A stretch of DNA of 32,000 nt from Pasteurella multocida (GCF_900187275.1 NZ_LT906458.1:360001-392000); one strand, 5' to 3'. Shown: positions 10,416 through 20,170, numbered from the stretch's first letter. The notes: a model not told the origin generated them from the letters alone. Translations and numbers: made by a program.

Positions 10416-11783
10416 TTAAATCAGATTACTGATAAAGATAACTAAAATAATTAACGGCACCACATATTTCACATAATTAAACCAAATTGTCGTGAAGGTG
10501 GAGTCTGGGTGTGGCGAGAGTTCTTTCTTCGCATCATCTTTTAACACAAAGCCTACGAATACCGCGCAACCTAAGGCAGTTAGCATAAACAGAATATTGC
10601 CACTGACAAAATCAAAAGTATCGAAAAGGCTTTTACCAAAAATGGTTACGTCTTTTAATAGGTTATCACCTAAAATCGACGGAATATTACCCAGCAAGAA
10701 AATTCCACCTAAGGTGAAAACAATTGCTTTACTACGACGCATTTTGAGTTTCTCTTGTAATGCGGTAATGATCACTTCATAAATGGTTAAAGAGGTGGTT
10801 AAGGCGGCAATCAATAACAAACTAAAGAAAATGATTGCAAAAATTTTGCCTAACCATAAGTGAGAAAATACGATCGGTAAACTTTGGAAGACTAAAGTGG
10901 GACCTGAATTCGGTGCAATCCCAAAAGTAAATAACGATGGGAAAATCATGAAACCCGCTAAAACTGCGATAATGGTATTAGTAAAGCCTGTAATCACAGC
11001 AGTTTGAATTAAGTTTTCTTCTTTATTTAAATAACTGGATAAGGTGATTAATACACCAAATCCTAAACTCAGCGCAAAGAACACTTGTCCTAATACAAAC
11101 ACAAAGAGCTGTGGCGTGATTTTGGTAAAATCCGGTTTAAGATAGAAACTAATGCCTTCCATTGCACCAGGCAAAGTAACATTACGGATCACCATGCCAA
11201 TTAAGAATAGAAACAGTAACGGCATTAAGTATTTGACTGCGCGCTCAATCCCACCAATGATGCCTTTTGCTAAAATAAAATAGTTTAATGCCACAAAAAG
11301 TAGGGTATATAAGCTAATTTCTAATGGACTGTTGCTGATATGCAGATCATAGAAGTTTTTCGTGACTTCTTTAGTAATCGGGCTTGAGATATCCAATGAG
11401 CCAGTCACTAAATGGATAATATAAGTAATTACCCAACCACCTAGCACCATGTAGTAAGCCATGATACCAAATGCACCGAGTAAGCCCATGTAGCCGACAA
11501 TTTTCCAATATTTTGAAATATTGCGTTTTTCTAATTTATCTCCGAAAGCATCGATTGCATTGACGCGTAAACGGCGACCGATCACATTTTCCACCAGAAT
11601 CATTGGAATTCCAATTAAGATCATAGCGATGCAAAATAAAAACACATAAGCACCGCCGCCATTTTCCCCGACTAAATAAGGAAAGCGCCAAGTTGCGCCA
11701 AAACCAACGGTTGCCCCTGCAACAGTCATAATATAAGTCAGTCGACTTGACCAAGTTTGTCTTTCTTGTTTTGTTGTTGTCAT
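10416..11783 (-). CDS. Sodium-dependent transporter, neurotransmitter:sodium symporter (SNF/NSS) family
   Basis: 455-aa polytopic ORF. N-terminal WSSRLTYIMTVAGATVGFGATWRFPYLVGENGGGAY is the NSS family signature region. Confidence 0.9.
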   Translation of the reverse strand: MTTTKQERQTWSSRLTYIMTVAGATVGFGATWRFPYLVGENGGGAYVFLFCIAMILIGIPMILVENVIGRRLRVNAIDAFGDKLEKRNISKYWKIVGYMGLLGAFGIMAYYMVLGGWVITYIIHLVTGSLDISSPITKEVTKNFYDLHISNSPLEISLYTLLFVALNYFILAKGIIGGIERAVKYLMPLLFLFLIGMVIRNVTLPGAMEGISFYLKPDFTKITPQLFVFVLGQVFFALSLGFGVLITLSSYLNKEENLIQTAVITGFTNTIIAVLAGFMIFPSLFTFGIAPNSGPTLVFQSLPIVFSHLWLGKIFAIIFFSLLLIAALTTSLTIYEVIITALQEKLKMRRSKAIVFTLGGIFLLGNIPSILGDNLLKDVTIFGKSLFDTFDFVSGNILFMLTALGCAVFVGFVLKDDAKKELSPHPDSTFTTIWFNYVKYVVPLIILVIFISNLI

Positions 11784-11807
11784 AAAATTACATCCAATAT
11801 TTTTTAA

Positions 11808-12440
11808 TTATTCTGTTTTTTCTTTAAACTCACAAAGGTCTTCAATGAGACAAGAGCCACAACGGGGCTTGCGAGCAATACAAGTATAACGTCCATGTAA
11901 AATCAACCAATGGTGCACATCGACTTTAAATTCATCAGGTACAACTTTGAGTAATTTTTCTTCCACTTTGACTACATCTTTTCCCGGCGCAAAGCCAGTA
12001 CGATTAGAAACGCGGAAAATATGGGTATCCACCGCGATAGTTGGGTGACCAAATGCGGTATTTAACACCACATTGGCAGTTTTCCGCCCCACACCAGCTA
12101 ATGCTTCAAGTGCAGAACGGTTTTCAGGAATCTCACCATTGTGCTTTTCGATCAAATCTCGGCACGTTTTGATGATATTTTCGGCTTTACTGTTATAAAG
12201 CCCAATGGTTTTGATGTATTCCTTTAGTCCATCTAACCCCAAATCTAAAATGGCTTGTGGGGTATTGGCGACAGGAAACAATTTTTCTGTGGCTTTATTC
12301 ACGCCTTTATCGGTGGCTTGTGCAGACAAGATCACCGCAATTAACAACTCGAAAGGCGAACTGTAATTGAGTTCGGTGGTTGGATGCGGATTGTGATCAC
12401 GTAGGCGTGTTAAAATTTCAATTCGTTTTTGTTTATTCAT
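11808..12440 (-). CDS. nth: Endonuclease III (DNA glycosylase/AP lyase)
   Basis: 210 aa. HhH-GPD region [16 protein letters not shown] and C-terminal 4Fe-4S cluster [17 protein letters not shown]. The ATGA overlap with the rnfE stop matches the conserved rnf/rsx-nth arrangement. Confidence 0.95.
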   Translation of the reverse strand: MNKQKRIEILTRLRDHNPHPTTELNYSSPFELLIAVILSAQATDKGVNKATEKLFPVANTPQAILDLGLDGLKEYIKTIGLYNSKAENIIKTCRDLIEKHNGEIPENRSALEALAGVGRKTANVVLNTAFGHPTIAVDTHIFRVSNRTGFAPGKDVVKVEEKLLKVVPDEFKVDVHHWLILHGRYTCIARKPRCGSCLIEDLCEFKEKTE

Positions 12441-13165
12441 GCTTTGTTACGCTGATCAATGACATTTTTAATGGCTAAAATGAGCCCTAAACCAATAAAG
12501 GCGCCCGGTGGTAAAATCGCCAACAAGAAATGGCTATCGAGATGAAATAATTCAATACGCAATCCTTTTGCCCAATCACCAAGTAAATGCTCAATGCCGT
12601 CAAACAAGGTGCCATTACCGAGAATTTCGCGGATTGCCCCTAAAAAGACTAAGCTTAAACACATGCCTAACCCCATGGCAAAGCCATCAAACATCGCATG
12701 GGAAAGCGGATTTTTTGAAGCAAAGGCTTCAGCACGCCCAATCACAATACAGTTAGTGACGATCAGTGGAATAAAAATACCTAAGGATTGATAGAGTGAA
12801 TAAGTATAGGCATTCATCAGTAATTGCACCACCGTGACGGTCGTGGCAATAATCATCACATAAATTGGAATACGGATTTCGTGCGGAATTTGTTTGCGGA
12901 ATAAAGAGACCACTGTGTTACTACAAATCAGCACGAATAGCGTTGCAATGCCTAACCCCAAGGCATTTGTGACACTGTTGGATACAGCTAATAATGGACA
13001 TAAGCCCAAGAGTTGCACAAGGGTTGAATTATTTTTCCATACTCCTTGCCAGAAAAGTGTTTTCCAGACCGACGGAGTGGATGTATTCGCTAATGTAGAT
13101 TGCTGGTCCATGACATCGTCTTTAGCGTCAGAAAGTGCGGTCTGTTTTGCGAAAGTGTCGTTCAT
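12437..13165 (-). CDS. rnfE: Ion-translocating oxidoreductase (Rnf/Rsx) complex subunit E
   Basis: [21 protein letters not shown]...[18 protein letters not shown] is colinear with E. coli RsxE. The start lies 2 nt after the rnfG stop. Confidence 0.93.
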   Translation of the reverse strand: MNDTFAKQTALSDAKDDVMDQQSTLANTSTPSVWKTLFWQGVWKNNSTLVQLLGLCPLLAVSNSVTNALGLGIATLFVLICSNTVVSLFRKQIPHEIRIPIYVMIIATTVTVVQLLMNAYTYSLYQSLGIFIPLIVTNCIVIGRAEAFASKNPLSHAMFDGFAMGLGMCLSLVFLGAIREILGNGTLFDGIEHLLGDWAKGLRIELFHLDSHFLLAILPPGAFIGLGLILAIKNVIDQRNKA

Positions 13166-13167
13166 GA

Positions 13168-13776
13168 TTAATTCTCTCGATTGAGTTCATCTAACAGGCT
13201 TAATGCCGATTGTTTTACTTGATTCACTACAGCGCGTGGCGTGATAGTGGCGCCCGCAAACTGGTCAAATTTGCCACCATCTTTTTTCACTGCCCAATCC
13301 GCTAAGTTATCTGAACGTAGTTGTTGTTGGCTAAAAGATAAAATCCAATCGGAAATTCGCGTTTCAATTTTATCCCCCAATCCTGGTGTTTCTTGATGTT
13401 CAAGCACCCGTACTCCTAAGATCGTGCCTGTCGGTGTTATGCCTACTAGCAAGCGAATGCGACCAGCGTAGCCGTCAGGTGCCACCGTTTCAAAGGCATA
13501 AGCCGTTTTTTGATTATTCTTAGTGGCAATACAAAGGCGATCAATACGCTGAGCACGTAATTTTTCACTGTTTGGACGCTGGCAGTTTTCACTCAGTGGA
13601 TTATCAAAATAGGCTTGTGGTACCACCTCCAGTAGCAGTGCTTGCCGCTGTTTATTGATTTCATCCTCAATTTTGCTTTTGGTTAATAGATAAATGCCCG
13701 TTGAAAGTGCGGTACAAATCAACGCAATCAGGGCAAGTAAAATCGCATAATAAGCAGAAATTTTAACGGTTTTCAT
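13168..13776 (-). CDS. rnfG: Rnf complex subunit G (FMN-binding)
   Basis: 202 aa with an N-terminal membrane anchor. ETPGLGDKI and [10 protein letters not shown] (FMN attachment region) are typical of RnfG/RsxG. Confidence 0.9.
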   Translation of the reverse strand: MKTVKISAYYAILLALIALICTALSTGIYLLTKSKIEDEINKQRQALLLEVVPQAYFDNPLSENCQRPNSEKLRAQRIDRLCIATKNNQKTAYAFETVAPDGYAGRIRLLVGITPTGTILGVRVLEHQETPGLGDKIETRISDWILSFSQQQLRSDNLADWAVKKDGGKFDQFAGATITPRAVVNQVKQSALSLLDELNREN

Positions 13777-13785
13777 GCTTGCTCC

Positions 13786-14835
13786 TTATTGACGATGACC
13801 GCTGACACGTGGTCGGGTATAGTGATCAATGAGTGGTACACAGATATTGCCTAATAGCACCGCAAAGGCAACCCCGTCCGGATAATTGCCGTAGAAACGA
13901 ATGATATACACCAAAAAGCCAACCAGTGCCCCGAATACGAGTTTACCTCGTGGGGTAATCGAGGCAGTGACCGGATCGGTAGCTATAAAGAACGCACCAA
14001 ACATCATGGCACCACTGAATAAATGCGGTAAAGTTTTCAGATAAGGGATACTTGCCACGAGTTCCGTGATTGCCGCCAAAAGTGTAAAACTGACTAGCAT
14101 GGCGACGGGGATTTGCCAGTGAATGATCCGTTTCCAAATTAAAAATAGCCCACCTAATAAAAATGCCAAATTAACTTGCCACCAGCCAATCGCAAATCCC
14201 GCCTCAAAAATTGGTGATTGAAGCAATGTGTGATAGTTAACACCCTCTTTTAAGATCACTTTGGCACTATCAAGTGGCGTTGCTTGTGTTATCGCATCTA
14301 CGGACTGCGTAAATTGATGTAGGCTAAAGCCATCTGTGCTAAATCCTGTAAAAATTAACGAATAAGCATCCAGTAAAGTAGGGGGTTCATTAAGCAATTG
14401 GATTGGAGGTAACCAAGTGGTCATTTGTAATGGGAACGATATTAGTAACACCACATAACCAACCATCGCTGGATTGAATAAGTTTTGCCCTAAGCCACCA
14501 TAAACATGTTTACCTAAGATCACCGCGCAAAATGTCCCAATCAGAATCAACCAATAGGGGGCGTAAGGGGGAATGGCCATAGCAAGAATCAGCGCAGTTA
14601 AAATCACACTGAAATCTGACAGATAGAACAGCGTCGGTTTTTGGCGTAATACGGTGACAATTCCCTCCAAACATAAGGCGAAGCTGATGGCTAATGCCAC
14701 TTGAATTAAGACACCAAAGCCAAAATAGTAGAGTTGCACACCCATTGCCGGTAGCATTGCTAAAATGACCCACAACATAATACGCATTGTGAGTTTACCG
14801 GAATGAGTATGAGGGGAACTGACCATTTTAAACAT
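13786..14835 (-). CDS. rnfD: Rnf complex subunit D
   Basis: 349-aa polytopic [33 protein letters not shown] and TDPVTAS are colinear with E. coli RsxD. Confidence 0.93.
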   Translation of the reverse strand: MFKMVSSPHTHSGKLTMRIMLWVILAMLPAMGVQLYYFGFGVLIQVALAISFALCLEGIVTVLRQKPTLFYLSDFSVILTALILAMAIPPYAPYWLILIGTFCAVILGKHVYGGLGQNLFNPAMVGYVVLLISFPLQMTTWLPPIQLLNEPPTLLDAYSLIFTGFSTDGFSLHQFTQSVDAITQATPLDSAKVILKEGVNYHTLLQSPIFEAGFAIGWWQVNLAFLLGGLFLIWKRIIHWQIPVAMLVSFTLLAAITELVASIPYLKTLPHLFSGAMMFGAFFIATDPVTASITPRGKLVFGALVGFLVYIIRFYGNYPDGVAFAVLLGNICVPLIDHYTRPRVSGHRQ

Positions 14836-14849
14836 GTAATTTCTCGTCC

Positions 14850-17213
14850 TTATGCGTCATGATTATTGGCTTTAGCGGCTTTCTTAGCTTTAGCGCGCGC
14901 AATGGCGGTAGCAATCGCCACTTTGCGTGGATCTTCTGCTACCGGTTCGGCTTCATTTTCTACACTAAGCGTATCACTTGATGAAATTTTGTCTTTTTCT
15001 AGCGCACTTCCTTGTTGTGCCGCTTTCTTAGCTTTGGCACGGGCAATGGCGGCGGCAATCGCCACTTTGCGTGGGTCTTCAGCTACCAATTCGGCTTCAT
15101 TTCCTACACTAAGCGTATCACTTGATGAAATTTCGTCTTTTTCTAGCGCACTGCCTTGCTGTGTTGCTTTTTTAGCTTTAGCGCGCGCAATGGCGGCGGC
15201 AATCGCCGCTTTGCGTGGATCTTCTGCTACCGGTTCTGTGTCATTTCCTACACTAAGCGTATCACTTGATGAAATTTCGTCTTGTTCTAGCGCACTTCCT
15301 TGCTGTGCCGCTTTCTTGGCTTTCGCGCGCGCAATGGCGGCGGCAATCGCCGCTTTACGCGGATCATCCGCTACCAGTTCTGTGTCATTTCCTACACTAA
15401 GCGTATTACTTGATGAAATTTCGTCTTGTTCTAGCGCACTGCCTTGCTGTGCCGCTTTCTTGGCTTTAGCGCGCGCAATGGCAGCGGCAACAGCCGATTT
15501 GCTGTCAGTTGATTTATTTTCTTCGTTTGTTTCAATCTGCGAAGCGTCGGTGTTTTGTGTTTGCTGTTGGCGTGCTAAGCGACGTGCTTTACGTTGCGCC
15601 ATAATATCGCTGTTATCAGGTAAGATGTCGCCTTTTTCTGTCACAATTGTTTTGATTTCCACCTTCGCACTGCTGTCATTATCAGCTTTTTTCGCTTTTA
15701 AACGTTCAAGCGCGGCTTGAACAGGGTCTATTCCTTGCGCCGTTTTCATTTCTTGACGGCGCGCTTCCATGGCTTTTTGTGCTCGTGCTTTACGTTCTTG
15801 TTCTTCACGTGCTAAACGTGCTTGGCGTGCTTCAAAACGCTGTTTGGCCTCTTCTGCTTGTTTGGCTTTTTGTTGAATTTCCCAAATTTTGGCTTTTTCT
15901 TGGCGGAAGTACTGGATTAACGGAATATGACTTGGGCAGACATAAGCGCATAAGCCACATTCAATGCAGTCTTTCAGGGCATATTCTTCGGATTTCTCAT
16001 GATCTTCACTACGTGCGAACCAGTACAGTTGTTGTGGCATCAAGCTTACCGGGCAGGCATCAGAGCAAGCAGAACAACGGATACAAGATTGTTCTGGGGC
16101 AGGTGGGGCATATTCAAAATGATCTGGGGCTAATAAACAGTTGGTCATTTTGGTGACGGGAGCCTGCAAATCTGGCAAGATAAAGCCCATCATCGGTCCT
16201 CCCATAAACACAGGAAAACGATCGTCATAATGATAGTCCACTTGCTGTAAGAGCTGATAGATTGGAGTGCCTAAGCGTACCCAATAATTGCCTTTATGAC
16301 GTACTTTGTCTCCCGTTAATGTGACAACACGTTCAATCAGTGGCTCATCATCCATAATTGCTCGTTTAACAGCAAAGGCCGTAGCAACATTTTGCATCAA
16401 TACACCAATACTGGAAGAGCGTTGACCGCTGGGGACTTCCATGCCGGTGAGGATTTGAATTAATTGCTTAGCGGCACCAGAAGGATATTTAGTAGGAATG
16501 ACACGGATCTCGATGTCATTCGCGCCTTGTAAAACTTGACGTAAAGCTGCAACGGCTTCTGGTTTATTGTCCTCGACCGCGATCACGACTTTTTCAGGGC
16601 GTAAAATATAGCGTAAAATGCGAGTACCTTCGATGATTTCATCCGCGTAGTCGCGCATTAAACGATCATCACAGGTAATATAAGGTTCACATTCAGCCCC
16701 ATTAATAATTAATAATTTGACTTGTTTTTCAGCAGAATGCAGTTTAGCTGCGGTTGGGAAAACAGCACCACCTAACCCAGCGACACCCGCTTGATAGAGT
16801 TTTTCAATCAGCTTTTCAGGCGTTTGGGTGAGGAAATCGTCAAGGGGGTGTTGTTCACGCCATTGATCTTTACCATCCGCTTCAAGATGCAAACAAAGTG
16901 TCGCCAAGCCGGAAGGGTGCGCACTAGCATAAGGTGCAATGGCTCGAATAAAACCCGACGTAGAGGCATGGACAGGTAACACACGTAAGCCATCGCCTTG
17001 TGTTAACGGCTGACCTTTGAATACATAATCGCCGACTTTAACTAAAATATTTCCAGCCTCACCAGCATGTTGCACAACGGGAATATAAAAATGCTCAACT
17101 AATTTTGCGTGACGAATCGGTTTTTGGTTTGACTGCGATTTCCGTTCAGGCGGATGGACACCACCTTTAAAATCCCACAATTTACCTGAATTAAAACGTG
17201 TTAAAACATCCAT
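14850..17213 (-). CDS. rnfC: Rnf complex subunit C with a repeat-expanded C-terminal tail
   Basis: 787 aa. Core region is RnfC/RsxC-like ([15 protein letters not shown], two ferredoxin motifs [12 protein letters not shown] and [12 protein letters not shown]). It is followed by a Lys/Glu/Ala-rich region and 48-aa tandem repeats. Confidence 0.93.
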   Translation of the reverse strand: MDVLTRFNSGKLWDFKGGVHPPERKSQSNQKPIRHAKLVEHFYIPVVQHAGEAGNILVKVGDYVFKGQPLTQGDGLRVLPVHASTSGFIRAIAPYASAHPSGLATLCLHLEADGKDQWREQHPLDDFLTQTPEKLIEKLYQAGVAGLGGAVFPTAAKLHSAEKQVKLLIINGAECEPYITCDDRLMRDYADEIIEGTRILRYILRPEKVVIAVEDNKPEAVAALRQVLQGANDIEIRVIPTKYPSGAAKQLIQILTGMEVPSGQRSSSIGVLMQNVATAFAVKRAIMDDEPLIERVVTLTGDKVRHKGNYWVRLGTPIYQLLQQVDYHYDDRFPVFMGGPMMGFILPDLQAPVTKMTNCLLAPDHFEYAPPAPEQSCIRCSACSDACPVSLMPQQLYWFARSEDHEKSEEYALKDCIECGLCAYVCPSHIPLIQYFRQEKAKIWEIQQKAKQAEEAKQRFEARQARLAREEQERKARAQKAMEARRQEMKTAQGIDPVQAALERLKAKKADNDSSAKVEIKTIVTEKGDILPDNSDIMAQRKARRLARQQQTQNTDASQIETNEENKSTDSKSAVAAAIARAKAKKAAQQGSALEQDEISSSNTLSVGNDTELVADDPRKAAIAAAIARAKAKKAAQQGSALEQDEISSSDTLSVGNDTEPVAEDPRKAAIAAAIARAKAKKATQQGSALEKDEISSSDTLSVGNEAELVAEDPRKVAIAAAIARAKAKKAAQQGSALEKDKISSSDTLSVENEAEPVAEDPRKVAIATAIARAKAKKAAKANNHDA
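14874..15494 (-). repeat. 144-bp tandem repeat, about 4.3 copies, in frame within the rnfC 3' end
   Basis: The anchor aatggc recurs at 14901, 15045, 15189, 15333 and 15477, an exact 144-bp period. It encodes repeated [48 protein letters not shown] units. Confidence 0.92.
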
Positions 17214-17217
17214 TCTT

Positions 17218-17814
17218 TTATTCCCCTTTGATCAATTTTTTCTGTGTTGTTGTGGTATCAACAATGGGAATAACCAGTTTAGGATCGAATTTCCAATTCC
17301 AGTTATGAATTGTACTTTCTACCTTAATCATGGAAATACAATCTGTTGGACAAGGTGGTACACAAAGTTCACAGCCCGTACAAAGATCAGGAATAATGGT
17401 ATGCATGGCTTTATTTGTGCCAATAATGGCATCGACAGGACAGGCTTGAATGCATTTTGTGCAACCTATACACATGTCTTCATCAATAAAGGCAACCATA
17501 GGTGCTGGATCACCCTCAATATCCGTTGTGGGTGGCTCAACTCCCATTAATTCGGCAATATTGACGATTACGGTTTGCCCCCCGGGAATACACTTAGTGA
17601 TATCATCACCATTAGCAATGGCTTCAGCATAGGGTTTACAACCGGGATAACCACATTGACCACATTGGCTTTGTGGTAATAAAGCATCGATTTTTTCCAC
17701 AATTGGATCGGCTTCTACTTTCAGTTTAACGGAAGCAAAGCCTAAGATTGCACCAAATATCAACGCTAATACAGCGATAGCGACGAGGATAAAATAGACT
17801 GTTGTCATTATCAT
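17218..17814 (-). CDS. rnfB: Rnf complex subunit B (Fe-S)
   Basis: 198 aa. [37 protein letters not shown] and [12 protein letters not shown] are colinear with E. coli RsxB. ATGA overlap with the rnfA stop. Confidence 0.93.
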   Translation of the reverse strand: MIMTTVYFILVAIAVLALIFGAILGFASVKLKVEADPIVEKIDALLPQSQCGQCGYPGCKPYAEAIANGDDITKCIPGGQTVIVNIAELMGVEPPTTDIEGDPAPMVAFIDEDMCIGCTKCIQACPVDAIIGTNKAMHTIIPDLCTGCELCVPPCPTDCISMIKVESTIHNWNWKFDPKLVIPIVDTTTTQKKLIKGE

Positions 17815-18389
17815 CTCACCAATCCTGTAAAGCCCATAAAGGCAAGTGACATTAACCCTGCTGTGATTAAAGCAATCGAGGCACCTTTAAAAACATGAGG
17901 CACGTCTGCCGCGGCTAAGCGTTCACGTAAGGCAGCAAAGAGAACAAGCACTAAGCCAAAACCTAATGATGCACCAAAACCATAAATCACTGATTGGGTC
18001 AGGGTGTGTGCTTGATTAATATTTAACAGTGCGACGCCAAGTACAGCACAATTTGTCGTAATGAGTGGGAGAAAAATCCCCAATAAACGATACAGTGTAG
18101 GACTGGTTTTATTGATGACCATTTCAGTAAATTGTACCACCACAGCAATTACTAAAATAAAGACGAGAGTACGTAAAAAAGTCGCGCTTAAGGGAGTAAG
18201 AATATAGGTATCAATTAAATAAGCAGAGATTGAAGCAACAGTAAGGACAAACATGGTCGCTAAACTCATGCCAATTGCGGTTTCAATTTTTTTAGAAACG
18301 CCCATAAAAGGACAAAGCCCTAGAAATTTCACCAGGACAAAGTTATTAATTAAGGCTGTACTAATAATAAGGAGAATGTATTCTGTCAT
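17811..18389 (-). CDS. rnfA: Rnf complex subunit A
   Basis: 192-aa polytopic [21 protein letters not shown] and [15 protein letters not shown] are typical of RnfA/RsxA. It is the first gene of the rnfABCDGE-nth string. Confidence 0.95.
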   Translation of the reverse strand: MTEYILLIISTALINNFVLVKFLGLCPFMGVSKKIETAIGMSLATMFVLTVASISAYLIDTYILTPLSATFLRTLVFILVIAVVVQFTEMVINKTSPTLYRLLGIFLPLITTNCAVLGVALLNINQAHTLTQSVIYGFGASLGFGLVLVLFAALRERLAAADVPHVFKGASIALITAGLMSLAFMGFTGLVR

Positions 18390-18442
18390 AAGTATGATGT
18401 TCTCGGGCGACGATTAAAGGATGCCCTGAAGTTAAGTGGCAT

Positions 18443-18471
18443 ATTATCGCTATTTATTGTTTCAAGAACAA
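18443..18471 (-). promoter_or_regulatory. Candidate rnfA promoter (-35 TTGTTC / 17 nt / -10 GATAAT on the minus strand)
   Basis: Plus-strand attatc at 18443-48 and gaacaa at 18466-71 with a 17-nt spacer. The -35 sits inside the inverted repeat ATTGTT-N5-AACAAT (18456-18472). Confidence 0.3.
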
Positions 18472-18545
18472 TAGAAAATTTGGGGTAGGCGCAGGAACAG
18501 AAAGCGTATACAACAAAAAGTGCCACACTACACTGATAAAATACG

Positions 18546-18585
18546 AAAGCACCGCATGGAATAGAGGTGCTTTTCCATGCTTTTT
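18546..18585 (+). terminator. Two interleaved 8-bp stems; the second plus T5 resembles an intrinsic terminator (function unknown)
   Basis: AAAGCACC (18546-53)/GGTGCTTT (18566-73) and GCATGGAA (18554-61)/TTCCATGC (18573-80), followed by TTTTT (18581-85). There is no annotated gene upstream on the + strand. Confidence 0.35.
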
Positions 18586-18672
18586 CATAAGGAGAATTGA
18601 ACGATTTTATGCACGATTAGACCGTGATTTTGTTTAAAAAAGCGTCCATCTAGTAAGAGAGATTTAAAATAA

Positions 18673-18688
18673 TGTGATCTTGATCACA
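18673..18688. promoter_or_regulatory. Perfect CRP-consensus palindrome TGTGATCTTGATCACA
   Basis: Both half-sites match TGTGA-N6-TCACA exactly. It lies in the rnfA/ompH intergenic region. Confidence 0.6.
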
Positions 18689-18830
18689 AAATATAAATAA
18701 AATTTGAGTGAAGTGAGAAATAGAGGCATTTGCCCGATGTTTTTATCTTTGATTTATACTATTTTTATTTCTAAATCAATGTGTTATGTTTTAAAAGAAA
18801 AGTTCTAAAGAAAATAAAATTTTTAATAAA

Positions 18831-18846
18831 TGTGATCCTTTTAACA
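18831..18846. promoter_or_regulatory. Second, imperfect CRP-like site TGTGATCCTTTTAACA
   Basis: One mismatch to TGTGA-N6-TCACA. Confidence 0.3.
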
Positions 18847-18932
18847 CTTTTTTAACCCTGAAAAAACCGCTGATTTTTTGTAACATGTTGTTTTTAAAGG
18901 ATAAGGTAAAAAAAAGACAAACTTATTTTGTT

Positions 18933-18961
18933 TTGACAAGAAAACGGAGCTTTGCTATCTT
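18933..18961 (+). promoter_or_regulatory. Candidate ompH_1 promoter: TTGACA - 17 nt - TATCTT
   Basis: Consensus -35 at 18933-38, exact 17-nt spacer, and a TAnnnT -10 at 18956-61. A very AT-rich tract lies upstream. The predicted leader is about 110 nt. Confidence 0.5.
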
Positions 18962-19078
18962 GCATTTGCAAAAATGTGCAGACGACTTATCGTCTGTTAG
19001 TCGATTTTAGGTTGATTGAGTGATTGGCAACAATCATTTAATCGAATTATAAAACTCCAAAAACAAGGTAGTGATACT

Positions 19079-20125
19079 ATGAAAAAGACAATCGTAGCAT
19101 TAGCAGTCGCAGCAGTAGCAGCAACTTCAGCAAACGCAGCAACAGTTTACAATCAAGACGGTACAAAAGTTGATGTAAACGGTTCTGTACGTTTACTTCT
19201 TAAAAAAGAAAAAGATATGCGTGGTGATTTAATTGATAACGGTTCACGCGTTTCTTTCAAAGCATCTCATGACTTAGGTGAAGGCTTAAGCGTATTAGGT
19301 TATGCAGAACTTCGTTTTAGTAAAGATGTGAAAGATAAAGAGGGTAAAGTTAACCAACCAATCGGTAACGAAGTTCATGCTAAACGTCTTTATGCGGGTT
19401 TTGCGTATGAAGGTTTAGGTACATTAACTTTTGGTAACCAATTAACAATTGGTGATGATGTTGGTGTGTCTGATTACACTTATTTTAACAGTGGTATCAA
19501 TGGCGTACTTATTACTAGTGGTCAAAAAGCAATTAACTTCAAATCAGCAGAGTTCAACGGTTTCACATTTGGTGGTGCGTATGTGTTCTCAGGCGATGCA
19601 AACAAAGATGCATTACGTGATGGTCGCGGTTTCGTAGTAGCAGGTTTATACAACAGACAAATCGGTGATGTTGGTTTTGCATTCGAAGCAGGCTATAGCC
19701 AAAAATATGTAAAACAGAAAGTTGAACAACCTCAGCCTTTACCTCCTGGTCAAGTAGAGCGTTTCAAAGATGAAAAAGAAAAAGCTTTCTTGGTCGGTGC
19801 AGAATTATCGTACGCTGGTTTAGCGCTTGGTGTTGACTACGCACAATCTAAAGTGACTAACGTAGATGGTAAAAAACGTGCACTTGAAGTGGGTTTAAAC
19901 TATGACCTTAATGATAAAGCGAAAGTTTATACAGACTTCATCTGGGAAAAAGAAGGTCCTAAAGGTGATGTTGAAAGAACTCGCACTGTAGCTGTAGGTT
20001 TTGGTTACAAACTTCACAAACAAGTTGAAACCTTTGTTGAAGGTGCTTGGGGAAGAACAAAAGATGCAGATGGTAAAACAACAAAAGATAATGTAGTTGG
20101 TACAGGTTTACGCGTACACTTCTAA
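19079..20125 (+). CDS. ompH_1: Major outer-membrane porin OmpH (OmpP2-family trimeric porin)
   Basis: From ATG 19079: MKKTIVALAVAAVAATSANA signal peptide, then ATVYNQDGTKVDVNGSVRL... and C-terminal ...GTGLRVHF (terminal Phe). It closely matches my memory of P. multocida OmpH. The 19016 TTG start on the ORF track is an artefactual extension. Confidence 0.95.
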   Translation: MKKTIVALAVAAVAATSANAATVYNQDGTKVDVNGSVRLLLKKEKDMRGDLIDNGSRVSFKASHDLGEGLSVLGYAELRFSKDVKDKEGKVNQPIGNEVHAKRLYAGFAYEGLGTLTFGNQLTIGDDVGVSDYTYFNSGINGVLITSGQKAINFKSAEFNGFTFGGAYVFSGDANKDALRDGRGFVVAGLYNRQIGDVGFAFEAGYSQKYVKQKVEQPQPLPPGQVERFKDEKEKAFLVGAELSYAGLALGVDYAQSKVTNVDGKKRALEVGLNYDLNDKAKVYTDFIWEKEGPKGDVERTRTVAVGFGYKLHKQVETFVEGAWGRTKDADGKTTKDNVVGTGLRVHF

Positions 20126-20145
20126 TTTTTGTTAGAATCTAAAAA

Positions 20146-20170
20146 AGCCAGTGTTTAGCACTGGCTTTTT
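20146..20170 (+). terminator. Rho-independent terminator of ompH_1
   Basis: AGCCAGTG (20146-53)/CACTGGCT (20159-66), 5-nt loop, T-run to 20170. Confidence 0.8.

Noticed and set aside
14866-15720. 284-aa ORF on the + strand opposite the rnfC repeat region
   Set aside because: It is itself periodic only because it mirrors the 144-bp repeat. Ala-rich GCN codons on the sense strand keep the antisense frame open. There is no start context or independent signal, so it is a repeat artefact.
18456-18472. Inverted repeat ATTGTT-N5-AACAAT near the rnfA promoter, considered as an FNR/ArcA-type operator
   Set aside because: The half-site sequence and spacing do not fit FNR (TTGAT-N4-ATCAA) or any consensus I can name. 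It is noted only as part of the candidate promoter.
18737-18808. 23-codon ORF (MFLSLIYTIFISKSMCYVLKEKF) in the rnfA-ompH spacer, superficially like a small hydrophobic toxin peptide
   Set aside because: The region is extremely AT/T-rich, which by itself yields Phe/Leu/Ile/Tyr-rich short ORFs. The SD is weak (GAGG, 10 nt away), and I see no adjacent antisense RNA or terminator. Ribosome profiling or conservation data would be needed before calling it.
19016-19078. Upstream extensions of ORF-track calls (ompH_1 19016, ompH_2 20257, prmB to 22450, yfeD to 28270, acyP 27076, thiQ 8599)
   Set aside because: In each case an internal ATG with a better SD gives an N-terminus matching the family. For the porins that is a signal peptide beginning MKKT; for the others it is alignment with the E. 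coli orthologs. The extensions start at TTG or GTG or overlap the upstream gene.
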